A stretch of 64,000 nt of DNA from a virus, in the IMG/VR virus record IMGVR_UViG_3300014835_000015, positions 4,477 to 68,476 of that record. One strand, 5' to 3'. The position numbers and the translations under genes were made by a program. The notes beneath the pieces are model-generated. The model was not told where the DNA came from. It saw only the letters and a program-made list of their open reading frames with translations, and did no database searches. Below, piece after piece: positions 1 to 10,164 of this stretch (its first letter is position 1; every line of letters starts with the position of its first letter).

Positions 1-2
1 TT

Positions 3-3000
3 TTGTTGGTTCTTAACTGGATCTTTAAATGCTTCTTGAATAGGCTTTAATTCGCTCTGTAAGGCATCAAATTTCGTGTTTACAGCATCAGGTAATAAAG
101 CATCAATCTTTGTCCCAAACGCAGCTAAAACAGCAATTTTGAAGTATTGGTGTAAAGGATTATCAGATGACTTATCTACGATTCTGGTCATACCTTCAGG
201 TACAAAATACCATCTCATCCACTTGTTACTTTGTGGACCTCCAGTCATGTGTTCTCTACCCTGTTTAGCTAACCAGTTAAAGAAATAGATACTACCTGTT
301 TTCTTAGCTGATTCTTCACCATCTTTTACTTCTTGAATATCATTAGATATTTGTCTATCTTTACCTTCTGCACCTTTAGAATTAACCTCTATAGATTTCC
401 ATGTTAGTGGCTTACCCGTACCAATAGCTCTAACAAAATTTTCTATTTGAGATAACTCATGTTTAGCTACCTTAGTATTAGTAGAATAAGCAATGTTAGA
501 GTATCTAAATAAAGCTTCTTTCTCGGTTAAAGTATATTTAGTAGCTGTAGCTTTCCATGTATCTCCAAGACGTTTAAAGAACACTTCTTTAGAATATGGT
601 TTAGTATTAGGTTTTTGTTTATTAAACTCAGTACCTAAAATTTCATCTAACTCTTTACTTATTTTCTTGGTTTCATCTAATAAAGCAATAATATCTTCAG
701 CTACTTGGGGATATTTTTCATCTTCATATTCTTGTGTAGCAATACGAACAAAGTATGTTCCACCATTAAGTTTAGAATCAATATTATCTTGTGTAATTAT
801 AGAGTCAGTAAGTTCATTAACAGTATCTTCATTTAGTGAAGGAAAATATACTGCCATATCTTTTTGTTGTACAAAATGTCTTTCTAAGTATCCTGCTTCA
901 ATTCCTGCATTAAGTATTTGTAACCCAACAGATGCTTCTAATTTACGTTGAGTAAGAATATTTTTAGATTTTATTCCGAGTAATGCTACTGCTTGCGCTC
1001 CAACAGAGTTAGCTTGATAGGTCATACCAACACCTACTGTACTGAACATTCCTTGCATTACAGCATCTACACGTTCATCAGCATCTCTTCCAAAGATAGA
1101 ATTAATCATCTGGTTAGCATTAAAAGCTGAACCAGTAGATGAATTAATAAATGATAGAAGGGATAAAGCAAATGCTGATACTACATTATCGTTTAACTTT
1201 TTATCTTGATGTAGTAATACTAAAGGATCAGCAGTAATATCGTTTGTTTTTTCAAAGTTTATTTTATCTAAAAGAATACCTTTAAATTGTTTTACAAATT
1301 CTTTTAGCTTAGGTACTTCATCTGTATTAGTAAAATACTTTTCAGGTTTAGAAAACAGTCTATCAAGTACATTAGGTACTTTATTAAATATATTTCCTTT
1401 AGCTACTGTTAGATAATCACTAAATCTTCTCTGTACAGTTAATTCACCTTCCTTTAATGCACCTTTATATACTTGTTTACCGTTTCTAAGAACTTGTTTA
1501 CCGTTTTTATCTAATAAAGGTGTACCATTTTCTACAGAAGCATATTCTGTATTATCTTGTAAACCGAGATTACCAAATGATTGCATTAGATAATAAGGTC
1601 TTAAAGAATTTATAATATTAGGTATTAAACCGTATTTACTATCTACATCAAAGTCTTCTTCGTAATTAATTGCAATATCTTGAAGTACGTTAAATGCTTC
1701 TTTAGAAGAGAATCCTTTATTAACTAATTGTTTAAGTAATCCTTTAATCCAGCCTAACTGTTTTACTTCAGTAAATGGAAAGTATTCTTCGGTTACAAAT
1801 TGAAAGTATGTTTCAGCATCTTTAGGTGGTTTAGCTACATCAGTTAAATTAACTTTAGTTTTTACTTCTTCTTTTGGTGTAGCAACAGCAGCTTCTTCTA
1901 AATCAACTTTGTATGTTGTATCCTTAAAAGATAGTTCTTTTACTAATTCAGGAAAGTTATTAGTAAAAAACTCTTGATACTTACTAGGTAAATTACCTTT
2001 AAATTCATTTAAGATTGTTGCTAATTTTTTAATAGAGTTTTCAGATTCAGAAATTTTATTTAATAGCTTCTGAATAGCTTCTTGTTGGACATCAAAACCA
2101 TGATTATATAGTTTAGAATTCATCGTTTTACGTTTAGGAGAGGAAGTATATTCTTTCAGCTTTTGTTGTAAATCTTCTAATTTAGTAAGTAAACCAGGGT
2201 ACTTTAATATTTGAGTGTCTATTTTAGTCTCAGAAGATTTAAGCATACCTTCCTCATCCAAAGATACCTCTGTAGGCTCTGTAGATGCTGTTACAGGCGT
2301 TTCCTCTTCTGAGGTAATAACTTCTTCAGTATTAGTTGTTTCGTTGCTTGTAGGAGATTCTATGTCATCAGGAATATTATCATTAAATGGGATATCCTCA
2401 GGCACAGTAGATAAATCTACTTCACCTTCATTTGGATTATAGGGTCTATCTTTTGAGGGTACATGATCGTCGTCTTGATTTACATTCGTTGAATTTAGAA
2501 CATTCTCATCAGTCTGAGAGGTACTTTCAGGTGTAGAAGTTACTTGTGGTGTAATACCAAAATGAATATCAATTTGTTTTTGAATATTATCTAAAGCTGT
2601 TTTCATAATATTAGCTTCAGAAGATATTTCATTAGCTAATCCTTGAATACCCTGAGAATGTGATTTACCTGTAGTATGAACCAAAGGTATATAATCAAAT
2701 GAAAATCCTTCTATAGGTTGATGTTGTGATAACTCCTGTTCTATACCTTTAATTTCACTTGGTTTAGCCTTAGCTAATTTTTGTGCTAATCTAGCTTTCT
2801 CAATATGGTATGAAACCCATTTAGTATATCTATTTTTTGCAGTATTAACTGCTTTAATAGAACCACCATTATTAAGTACATTAGTTATAATTTTTAGATG
2901 ATCAGTAATACTAAGTTTTTCTGCTCTAGTTCCTTTACCACCAACAGCTATTTCATTACCTACTTCTGACGTAGTTTTATCGTTACGTTTATTAGGATAC

Positions 3001-5732
3001 TTCTTTTCATGTTCCGTAGCTTGTTTAAAGAATTCTGTTTGTGTTTGTATCTGTTGTTTAGTTTCATCATCTAAGTTTTTATTGTTATTAATTACTATAG
3101 GTTGTGAACCAAATGTAGGTAATATCTTTCTATGTATCTCTTCTAATGAATCCTTTGGTTCAATAGTAATAGTACCTTTATTAGTAACTAAACCATTGAT
3201 AGTATTTAATGCTTGTTTAACTGTTCTTTCAGTAGCAGGAGTAATATCTACTTTATCTGAATATACTTTAGAGATAGTTTTAGTTAATGCTGATATGCCA
3301 GTATTCTTTTGTTCTTCTGTACCTTTAATATCTTCAACATGACTAGATAGTAATAGTAAATCATGGTTTAAATCTAAAGATTCACCTCTTGTAATAGCAG
3401 AAAATACTTCAGAAGATGCTTTAGGTAAATGTTTAGTTTCAATACCAGTTTTAGCTAATACATAAGGATCATTAACTGTATTACTTTCAGCATACTTATC
3501 TGCTTTAGCAGTAGAAAGATACTTAAGAGTATTTAATGTACCTTCATCTTTAGTTCTTCCAATATCATTAAATATCGAACCAGTATTAGGTGATACAGTA
3601 TCTGTTGTATTTCCAACAAGATTAGCTTGAATATCTTCTATTGTAGTATCAGGATTATTAACTATAGATTCGTATTCAGGTACTTGTGTCCAATTGTATA
3701 ACTCTGATTCTGCATCAACTTGTTTAAGAATTGCATCATGTTCAGGTGATTCCATACCATTTCTAGCTATGTTAATAGCTGAAGCCATGTCTCTTTTTTC
3801 AGATAGAGTACCATCATGAGGATAATCTTTAATACCTTGGTTTATGACTTCTTGTCTATTGTCATCGGTAATAGTATCAACCTTAGTTTTATAATCATCT
3901 ATACTTGGCTTAGAAGGTGTCAAATCTTCTGTTTTAGGCACATCTACAGCCTCACTAAGTGTTGGTTCAACTGAAGGTGTTTTACGAGCTTGTAGAGCAG
4001 ATTTAGATGAATCTAGTATTGCTCCAGGAGTAGTCATTCCAGCTCCCATAGCAGCACCTAATACTGTACCTTCACCACCTGCTGAACCAACTCCTTCTTC
4101 TATTGGTTTACCAGTAGCTAAGTTAAGATAAGCTTGTTCTCCCATTGATTGAAGATTTTCTTCTATTAAACCTTCTGTAAATGCTGATTTACCTACTGAT
4201 TTAATACCAGTTCCTAGTGTTCTTTGTGGTGAAACAATATCAGCAATAGCATCACCAAAATGAGTACCTGTAAACTTGCTAATAGCTGCTGTAGTAAGAG
4301 CTGTAGCCACAATAGGTAAACCATATTCATTAAGAGTTTTACCTTGTTTTTGAGCTTGTTCTGCTGATGAACTAGCAGACTGAATACCTTCAAAATTAGC
4401 ACCATGACTAATTAAAGCTTTCTTAGATGCTTCAGATGATAGTGCTTCTTTACCTGCTAGTTTACCTGCTTCAGTAATAACTCCATTCTCTATGCCACCA
4501 GGAATAGTTTTAGCAGCATTAGTTACAATAGATTTAGCAAGATTAGCAGATGAACCAAGGATAGCTACCATAGGAAGTAAATTCTCAGGAACAGCTTCAT
4601 TAAATAAATACCTTGGATTAGATACTAAAGCTACTGCTGCATCTCCCCATTGTTCCATTTGATTGAAACCTTTATCTACAATACCTTCTGGTTTAAAACC
4701 ACTTGCTTCATGTTCTCTTTGTGTTTGAGATGCTCTTAATTCTTTAGCTTCTCTTGAAGCTTTAGTAGCAGGATCTTCATATAAATCTCTTAAGAAATTA
4801 CCTGTTCTTTCAAAATCAGGAGATAAATTTTTGAGGGTATCTTTAGCATTATCATCAATAGGTAATGTATCAATAGTATTAGTAGCAAACTTGCCTAGAG
4901 CATTATCTAAAGGTGTTTGTATTGCATCTGGAATAATAGCATCTCTTACCATAGTAGATGCACCTTTAAGCATTCCACCAGCAATAACACTACCACCTAA
5001 ACCAAATGCTCCTAAAGCTGTCTTAGCTGATCCAAGGACATTATCTAGTAAAGTAGGTTGTTGTAAATCATTCTTTAATTTACCTAATGAGTTAAATCTT
5101 GAATTGTAATCTACATTATTTTCAGGTGTATTAAGTGAGTCAATAATATTTGAACCAGATGAATCATATACATCAGCTATTTGTCGTTTACTCAACTTAC
5201 CATCATAAAGAGTTGGATCTTGTTTTAAGTCACCTAATTCAAGAGTATTTTGACCTAAGAGTTTAGCCTTAAGTAACTCTTTACCTTTCTCACCTTGAGC
5301 ATAAATATCTTGGTTTGTAATTTCATTAGGATTAGTCTTAGTCCAAGGAAACCATGAATCTTCATTACGAGTAGTAGCTAAAGCTTCTCGTTGCTTATTC
5401 ATCTTAGATACTGCTCTTTCAGAAGTTAAATCTTGACCTTCATGATAAGTTTCATAGGTATCTAATGATTGTCCTTGACCTGCATGTAATCTTAGTTTTA
5501 ATGGTTCAGTAACACCATTGGCTACTTCTACTGTACTAGGTAATATATCTACTGTATCTCCATCACTGTGTTCCCAATCTATCTTATTTTGGGTTAAGTC
5601 AATAGTAGATCTACCAAACTCATTACGTTTAGCGATTACAGTATCAAGTAAACTCTTTACCTTCTCAGTTGATTTAGTATTAGAATCATTGTAAGTAGTT
5701 CCTGAGTATGTAGTACCAGAGTAAGTAGTCAT
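3..5732 (-). CDS. Virion-encapsulated RNA polymerase (N4 gp50-like), N-terminal ~1910 aa, truncated by window start
   Basis: ATG at 5732 after an AAGGAAA RBS; the frame at the window start matches the start frame. Manual translation near 180-300 gives YFFNWLAKQGREHMTGGPQSNKWMR, matching the N4 vRNAP xxGR..PQS.K..R motif. No Cys noticed in manual translation (an N4 vRNAP trait). Position matches N4 synteny. Confidence 0.9.
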   Translation of the reverse strand, partial: MTTYSGTTYSGTTYNDSNTKSTEKVKSLLDTVIAKRNEFGRSTIDLTQNKIDWEHSDGDTVDILPSTVEVANGVTEPLKLRLHAGQGQSLDTYETYHEGQDLTSERAVSKMNKQREALATTRNEDSWFPWTKTNPNEITNQDIYAQGEKGKELLKAKLLGQNTLELGDLKQDPTLYDGKLSKRQIADVYDSSGSNIIDSLNTPENNVDYNSRFNSLGKLKNDLQQPTLLDNVLGSAKTALGAFGLGGSVIAGGMLKGASTMVRDAIIPDAIQTPLDNALGKFATNTIDTLPIDDNAKDTLKNLSPDFERTGNFLRDLYEDPATKASREAKELRASQTQREHEASGFKPEGIVDKGFNQMEQWGDAAVALVSNPRYLFNEAVPENLLPMVAILGSSANLAKSIVTNAAKTIPGGIENGVITEAGKLAGKEALSSEASKKALISHGANFEGIQSASSSAEQAQKQGKTLNEYGLPIVATALTTAAISKFTGTHFGDAIADIVSPQRTLGTGIKSVGKSAFTEGLIEENLQSMGEQAYLNLATGKPIEEGVGSAGGEGTVLGAAMGAGMTTPGAILDSSKSALQARKTPSVEPTLSEAVDVPKTEDLTPSKPSIDDYKTKVDTITDDNRQEVINQGIKDYPHDGTLSEKRDMASAINIARNGMESPEHDAILKQVDAESELYNWTQVPEYESIVNNPDTTIEDIQANLVGNTTDTVSPNTGSIFNDIGRTKDEGTLNTLKYLSTAKADKYAESNTVNDPYVLAKTGIETKHLPKASSEVFSAITRGESLDLNHDLLLLSSHVEDIKGTEEQKNTGISALTKTISKVYSDKVDITPATERTVKQALNTINGLVTNKGTITIEPKDSLEEIHRKILPTFGSQPIVINNNKNLDDETKQQIQTQTEFFKQATEHEKKYPNKRNDKTTSEVGNEIAVGGKGTRAEKLSITDHLKIITNVLNNGGSIKAVNTAKNRYTKWVSYHIEKARLAQKLAKAKPSEIKGIEQELSQHQPIEGFSFDYIPLVHTTGKSHSQGIQGLANEISSEANIMKTALDNIQKQIDIHFGITPQVTSTPESTSQTDENVLNSTNVNQDDDHVPSKDRPYNPNEGEVDLSTVPEDIPFNDNIPDDIESPTSNETTNTEEVITSEEETPVTASTEPTEVSLDEEGMLKSSETKIDTQILKYPGLLTKLEDLQQKLKEYTSSPKRKTMNSKLYNHGFDVQQEAIQKLLNKISESENSIKKLATILNEFKGNLPSKYQEFFTNNFPELVKELSFKDTTYKVDLEEAAVATPKEEVKTKVNLTDVAKPPKDAETYFQFVTEEYFPFTEVKQLGWIKGLLKQLVNKGFSSKEAFNVLQDIAINYEEDFDVDSKYGLIPNIINSLRPYYLMQSFGNLGLQDNTEYASVENGTPLLDKNGKQVLRNGKQVYKGALKEGELTVQRRFSDYLTVAKGNIFNKVPNVLDRLFSKPEKYFTNTDEVPKLKEFVKQFKGILLDKINFEKTNDITADPLVLLHQDKKLNDNVVSAFALSLLSFINSSTGSAFNANQMINSIFGRDADERVDAVMQGMFSTVGVGMTYQANSVGAQAVALLGIKSKNILTQRKLEASVGLQILNAGIEAGYLERHFVQQKDMAVYFPSLNEDTVNELTDSIITQDNIDSKLNGGTYFVRIATQEYEDEKYPQVAEDIIALLDETKKISKELDEILGTEFNKQKPNTKPYSKEVFFKRLGDTWKATATKYTLTEKEALFRYSNIAYSTNTKVAKHELSQIENFVRAIGTGKPLTWKSIEVNSKGAEGKDRQISNDIQEVKDGEESAKKTGSIYFFNWLAKQGREHMTGGPQSNKWMRWYFVPEGMTRIVDKSSDNPLHQYFKIAVLAAFGTKIDALLPDAVNTKFDALQSELKPIQEAFKDPVKNQQ

Positions 5733-5744
5733 TGGTTTCCTTAT

Positions 5745-6599
5745 TTATTTTAATTGTCTTCTTAACATCTCTGCATTTATTTGTCTTGCAGAAGGTCTTC
5801 TATCTTTAAAAATATTATAACCTAATCCACCAATACCACCAACAACACCACCAATACCATATCCAGGTAAAGCTCCAATACCTGCTGTAGGGATACCTCC
5901 AATAGCTGCACCAGCTAAAGCAGTACCACTAGCACCTACAGAAATATCTTTACCTAAATCACCCCAACTCCAAGCATTATCACTTGCTACAGAAGCTAAA
6001 GAATCTTCAAATATACCTGCTGCTTTAGGATCATCCGCATTAGCTCTACGTTGAGCATTTATGAATGTAGCATCAGCAGGAGAATATTGTTCTGAGGTTT
6101 GTTTTGCAGTTTCTCTAATATCTTTATACTCCTCTCTTTGATCCTTTTTACTATCAAAAGCATTCTTTAATTCAGCTACTTTTAAATCAGTATCAGCTTT
6201 TAATTGAGCATCAGCAGTAGGTAAAGTTCCTTTAGTTTGTAATTCTTTACTTTGTAACATTCCTTTAAATGCTTCTACTGGATCAATACCTTGAGATAAT
6301 GCTTGTTGTTGAAAGATACCTGGGTTTACGTTACCATTTTTAGTATTAGCTAACATAAGATTACCTAAAGCTTTTGAATTCTCAATACCTCTTAGTCTTT
6401 CTTGTTCCTTTTGATATATTGGAGTATCTTTTTGTGCTTCCATTTCTGCTCCTCTTTTATTTACCCAAGCATCTAAAGGAGTCATCTGTTGTTGCTGAGG
6501 ATTTCTTCTACCAAAGATAGATTTATTCTCTTGGTTTATAAGTGCATTATTATTTGCAACAGTTTGTTCATTTAATCTTTGTAACTCATCTGGACTCAT
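5745..6599 (-). CDS. Putative internal virion/ejection protein (position of N4 gp51/52)
   Basis: 284 aa, Q/N-rich, Cys-free, Gly-rich hydrophobic C-terminal segment; directly upstream of vRNAP. Confidence 0.5.
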   Translation of the reverse strand: MSPDELQRLNEQTVANNNALINQENKSIFGRRNPQQQQMTPLDAWVNKRGAEMEAQKDTPIYQKEQERLRGIENSKALGNLMLANTKNGNVNPGIFQQQALSQGIDPVEAFKGMLQSKELQTKGTLPTADAQLKADTDLKVAELKNAFDSKKDQREEYKDIRETAKQTSEQYSPADATFINAQRRANADDPKAAGIFEDSLASVASDNAWSWGDLGKDISVGASGTALAGAAIGGIPTAGIGALPGYGIGGVVGGIGGLGYNIFKDRRPSARQINAEMLRRQLK

Positions 6600-6600
6600 C

Positions 6601-7422
6601 TTAGTACCTTCTTAAGAGTGGATCTTGGTTAGAAGCATCAAAACGTAATTTATCTTGCCAAGATAACTTATCATTTGAAAATTGATTTTGACCTATAGGA
6701 GATTTGTATTGTGGAGATTGTACTTGCTCTCCTTGATACATCTGAGGTTTAGATTGCATATTGTTAAAGTCTACAGAAGCACTTGTTGGTGTAGTATTGT
6801 ATTGTATTCCTGCTTGAGAGACAGATTTATTTGCTTCATAATCCATATCTCTATTATTCCCTCTTAGATTTCTTTTATAGAAATCAGAATTCTTATCTAC
6901 TTTACCGTTAACCAATGCAGCATCTCTTTCTTTACTCATTCCCGTAAACATACCTTCATAAGGATTAGTTGTATTACTAATTACAGGATTACCATTAATA
7001 TCTTTAGCTACGGATACACCGCCATATGTCTTCTGAGTAGGTTGTTCACCTAAGATATTCTTATTAGGTTGTTGAGGTGTATTAGATCCAACCACAGTAG
7101 GTTGAGTATATCCTGAAAGTATATTACTTTCTTGTTGATCTACTAAACTACTATCTTTAAAAGGTGAAGTTTGTGAGTTACCCTTATTAGTTATAGCAGG
7201 TGTGAAACTTTGTAATTGTGAGTAAATATCATTTTCTGTTGGTTTATTTAAAGGTGCATCTTGGAGTGAAAAAGCATCTTTAGAACCATAACTACTTATA
7301 GGATTTTGGTTTGTTTGTGTAGGTATTTCACTAAAAGGATCAAATGAAGTTCTAGGCATACCTTCATTTATTTTATATTGTTTAAGTGCTGTTTGTTTTG
7401 TTGTGAATGGTTTTCTAGTCAT
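6601..7422 (-). CDS. Putative internal virion protein
   Basis: Low-complexity S/T/N/Q/P-rich protein; probable start MTRKPF at 7422 after AAGGA (track start 7461 overlaps the upstream gene). Confidence 0.45.
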   Translation of the reverse strand: MTRKPFTTKQTALKQYKINEGMPRTSFDPFSEIPTQTNQNPISSYGSKDAFSLQDAPLNKPTENDIYSQLQSFTPAITNKGNSQTSPFKDSSLVDQQESNILSGYTQPTVVGSNTPQQPNKNILGEQPTQKTYGGVSVAKDINGNPVISNTTNPYEGMFTGMSKERDAALVNGKVDKNSDFYKRNLRGNNRDMDYEANKSVSQAGIQYNTTPTSASVDFNNMQSKPQMYQGEQVQSPQYKSPIGQNQFSNDKLSWQDKLRFDASNQDPLLRRY

Positions 7423-7438
7423 ACATAATTCCTTATAT

Positions 7439-10162
7439 TTAGTTGTCAAGAGTTCCATCAAATAACTTACTAAGCACTGAGTAGTTATTAATGAGTTGAT
7501 TTACAGAACTGGAAAATTTATCTTTTAATGAAGTATTCATTTTATCTAAGTTATTTAGAGACATAACGCTGTTTGGATTACTGTAAGCATTTAATTTAGG
7601 AAATATACCATAAGAATTATAAAATGACTTTAAGAATGTATTACTTTTTTCTTTATCTACTTCTTTATCTAAGATAGGTTTCATCATAGTATCTAAGACA
7701 AGTATTCTATTATCTTCTGTAAGATATTCATCTGAAAATTCATCTACTTGATTGTCAGATAATTTAGCTTGTAAAACTAAATTTGGTAAATTTTGGTATA
7801 CTTCCTCTTTATCAGAAATAGAGAAGTCTTTAATAAGATCTTCTGAGAATGGAATAATAATACCTGAGTAATCCTGTATTTTAGTAAATGAAAACTCTTT
7901 TGTTTCAAAATCACTGTCTAAAAAATTAGCAATACCTTCTACATTTACTTTACCTGATTCAGTAGTTATATTTACTTTTTGCTTATTCTCTACTAACTCA
8001 TCTAAATCCATACATACATAATCATTAGTAGTTAAGTCCCATACTTCATATTTAAGACCATAAATAGTTATCTCTTGTCCTTTATTATCAGAATCATTTG
8101 CAGATATAATTATCTCAGACATTGGAACTCTTTCAGGAGTTAGTAAGTCAGAAACAGTTCTTTCATTAGAGCGTTCACACGAGATAATATCTAAAACATA
8201 ATGCTCAGGAAAGTTAATATCTTCGGGTATCTTACTATTAATAATACAACTTGGTTTATCTACTAAATTAATCTCTTTCTTAGAAATATATAAGTAAGAA
8301 ATTCTTATTTTATATATAGAATTTACAAACCAAATTTCATTTAAAGGTATGTATGTATCTCTGTTATAGATTGTAGGTAACTCAGGTAAACTAATCTGAT
8401 ATATACCCATTGATAAATTAAATGCTAATTTGTTATCTTTAAATTTTGTTAGAGTATCTTCATATATTGATTTAGGTAAATTATCCTGTTTACTTAGAAA
8501 ATCAAAAAAGACAAATAAGTATTGTATCGCATAATTATTTTTAGTATTTAAAGGTATCCCCAAAAATATTGAAGAAATACTACATAACTTATCTGTTTCA
8601 AGTTCTTTTGTTGTGTAGGGGGATGCGTAAATATTATGTTGATTGGTGTGCTTATCAAAAAGATTTTTACATTCTTTGAATGTATATGTATTTGCTCGTA
8701 ACCCATACGGAATATTAGGTGGAAAATAATGAATGTTGTTTGTACTATTTTTATAACTAAAGATACTATCAGTATTGTTGAGAAACTCATAAAGAGCATT
8801 TTTTATAGTTGTGTCTTTAACTCTAGTAACATATTTAGTTATGTAATTGGGGTTTATTTTAATTATTTTCCTAATGTTAGACGCTATACCATAAACCTCA
8901 GAATATTCATTATTATATGCCCTCCAATCATGTCCATACAATACTTCATTAAACTTTAATAAATACCTTTCTCCGAAAGAATGTGTTAAATAAGTAATAT
9001 TAACTTTTTTAGCATTAAAAAACTTAGATAAATGTTCTTTAACATTAAGAATATTTATACCAACTAAATAAGATACTTTTAATAGGTTATCCTCTTGTTC
9101 TTTAGATAATTCAGATAACACTTGTATAGGTGAAATAAAATTATATTCTAATTCTTTTGTTGTATAAAAAGATTCAAGTTCAGTTACATATTTAGAACTT
9201 TTTCCCCATAGAATTAATCCACCTACATCTATTACTAATTGTTGTTTTGTAGAAACATAAATGTAAAAACAGATTCCAACAAGTTCGGGATATATTAAAC
9301 AGCTTCCACCTACAAACTCTTCAGGAGTTGAAACTATAGTGGGATTAAAACCCTTATCGACAGTATTCTTTGAAAGTAACCATTTACCTAAAAGTTCTGG
9401 TGTAAGTTTGTTTGTAACTCTCCTTACTTGAGCATCTGTAGGATATAATCTAACAGAAATATTTCGTGCGTAAAAATATGTGAATAAGTTCCCAAGCTCG
9501 TAATAATGAAAATGCTCTGAATAGTCTTTAGAAAAATCATATCTTTCCCTTGCTCCATCCTCACCGCTAAGAGTTAAATAGTAATCTATGCGTAAGGATA
9601 ATATAAAATACTTATGTAATTCTTTTTTAAGCACATCTAAGAATAGTAAATATTTTTTATATACATCATTGTAAATTTCTTTATCTTTGGTTTCAGATAA
9701 AAGTTTTACATATTCTTTTGATTCTATAGATAATTCTTTTAAAACATTGTATTGGTTATCAATTAAGGTTTTAGTATTGTCCCGATCAGGTCTGTATGAG
9801 TGTGGCAAGTATAATCTATTTTTAACTTCTGAAACAAATTCATTAACAGGTTCACTAACATAATCATTATATGTATTATCTTCGTTATCTTCTTTAATAT
9901 TTTTGCGTATCTCATCGTTAGCTAAATTAACTTCTTCTAACAATTTAGTTTTATCTAACAAAGATGTTTTGAAATATACTCTAAACTTATCTTCTTTAGG
10001 AATATCTTTAACTACTTTATCTATTTTATTTTTATAAGATGTAGCTACACCAAATACTAAACTACTTGATGTAGGTACTTCTGCAATACTTTTATATATA
10101 GCTTCTTTAAAAATATTAAAAGAGATACCATCATTAAGGTTAATTGAATATAGTTTCTTCAT
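7439..10162 (-). CDS. Large hypothetical protein in the N4 gp53 position
   Basis: ~907 aa ORF; probable start MKKLYS at 10162, 2 nt after the upstream TAG; assignment by size and synteny only. Confidence 0.5.
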   Translation of the reverse strand: MKKLYSINLNDGISFNIFKEAIYKSIAEVPTSSSLVFGVATSYKNKIDKVVKDIPKEDKFRVYFKTSLLDKTKLLEEVNLANDEIRKNIKEDNEDNTYNDYVSEPVNEFVSEVKNRLYLPHSYRPDRDNTKTLIDNQYNVLKELSIESKEYVKLLSETKDKEIYNDVYKKYLLFLDVLKKELHKYFILSLRIDYYLTLSGEDGARERYDFSKDYSEHFHYYELGNLFTYFYARNISVRLYPTDAQVRRVTNKLTPELLGKWLLSKNTVDKGFNPTIVSTPEEFVGGSCLIYPELVGICFYIYVSTKQQLVIDVGGLILWGKSSKYVTELESFYTTKELEYNFISPIQVLSELSKEQEDNLLKVSYLVGINILNVKEHLSKFFNAKKVNITYLTHSFGERYLLKFNEVLYGHDWRAYNNEYSEVYGIASNIRKIIKINPNYITKYVTRVKDTTIKNALYEFLNNTDSIFSYKNSTNNIHYFPPNIPYGLRANTYTFKECKNLFDKHTNQHNIYASPYTTKELETDKLCSISSIFLGIPLNTKNNYAIQYLFVFFDFLSKQDNLPKSIYEDTLTKFKDNKLAFNLSMGIYQISLPELPTIYNRDTYIPLNEIWFVNSIYKIRISYLYISKKEINLVDKPSCIINSKIPEDINFPEHYVLDIISCERSNERTVSDLLTPERVPMSEIIISANDSDNKGQEITIYGLKYEVWDLTTNDYVCMDLDELVENKQKVNITTESGKVNVEGIANFLDSDFETKEFSFTKIQDYSGIIIPFSEDLIKDFSISDKEEVYQNLPNLVLQAKLSDNQVDEFSDEYLTEDNRILVLDTMMKPILDKEVDKEKSNTFLKSFYNSYGIFPKLNAYSNPNSVMSLNNLDKMNTSLKDKFSSSVNQLINNYSVLSKLFDGTLDN

Positions 10163-10164
10163 GT

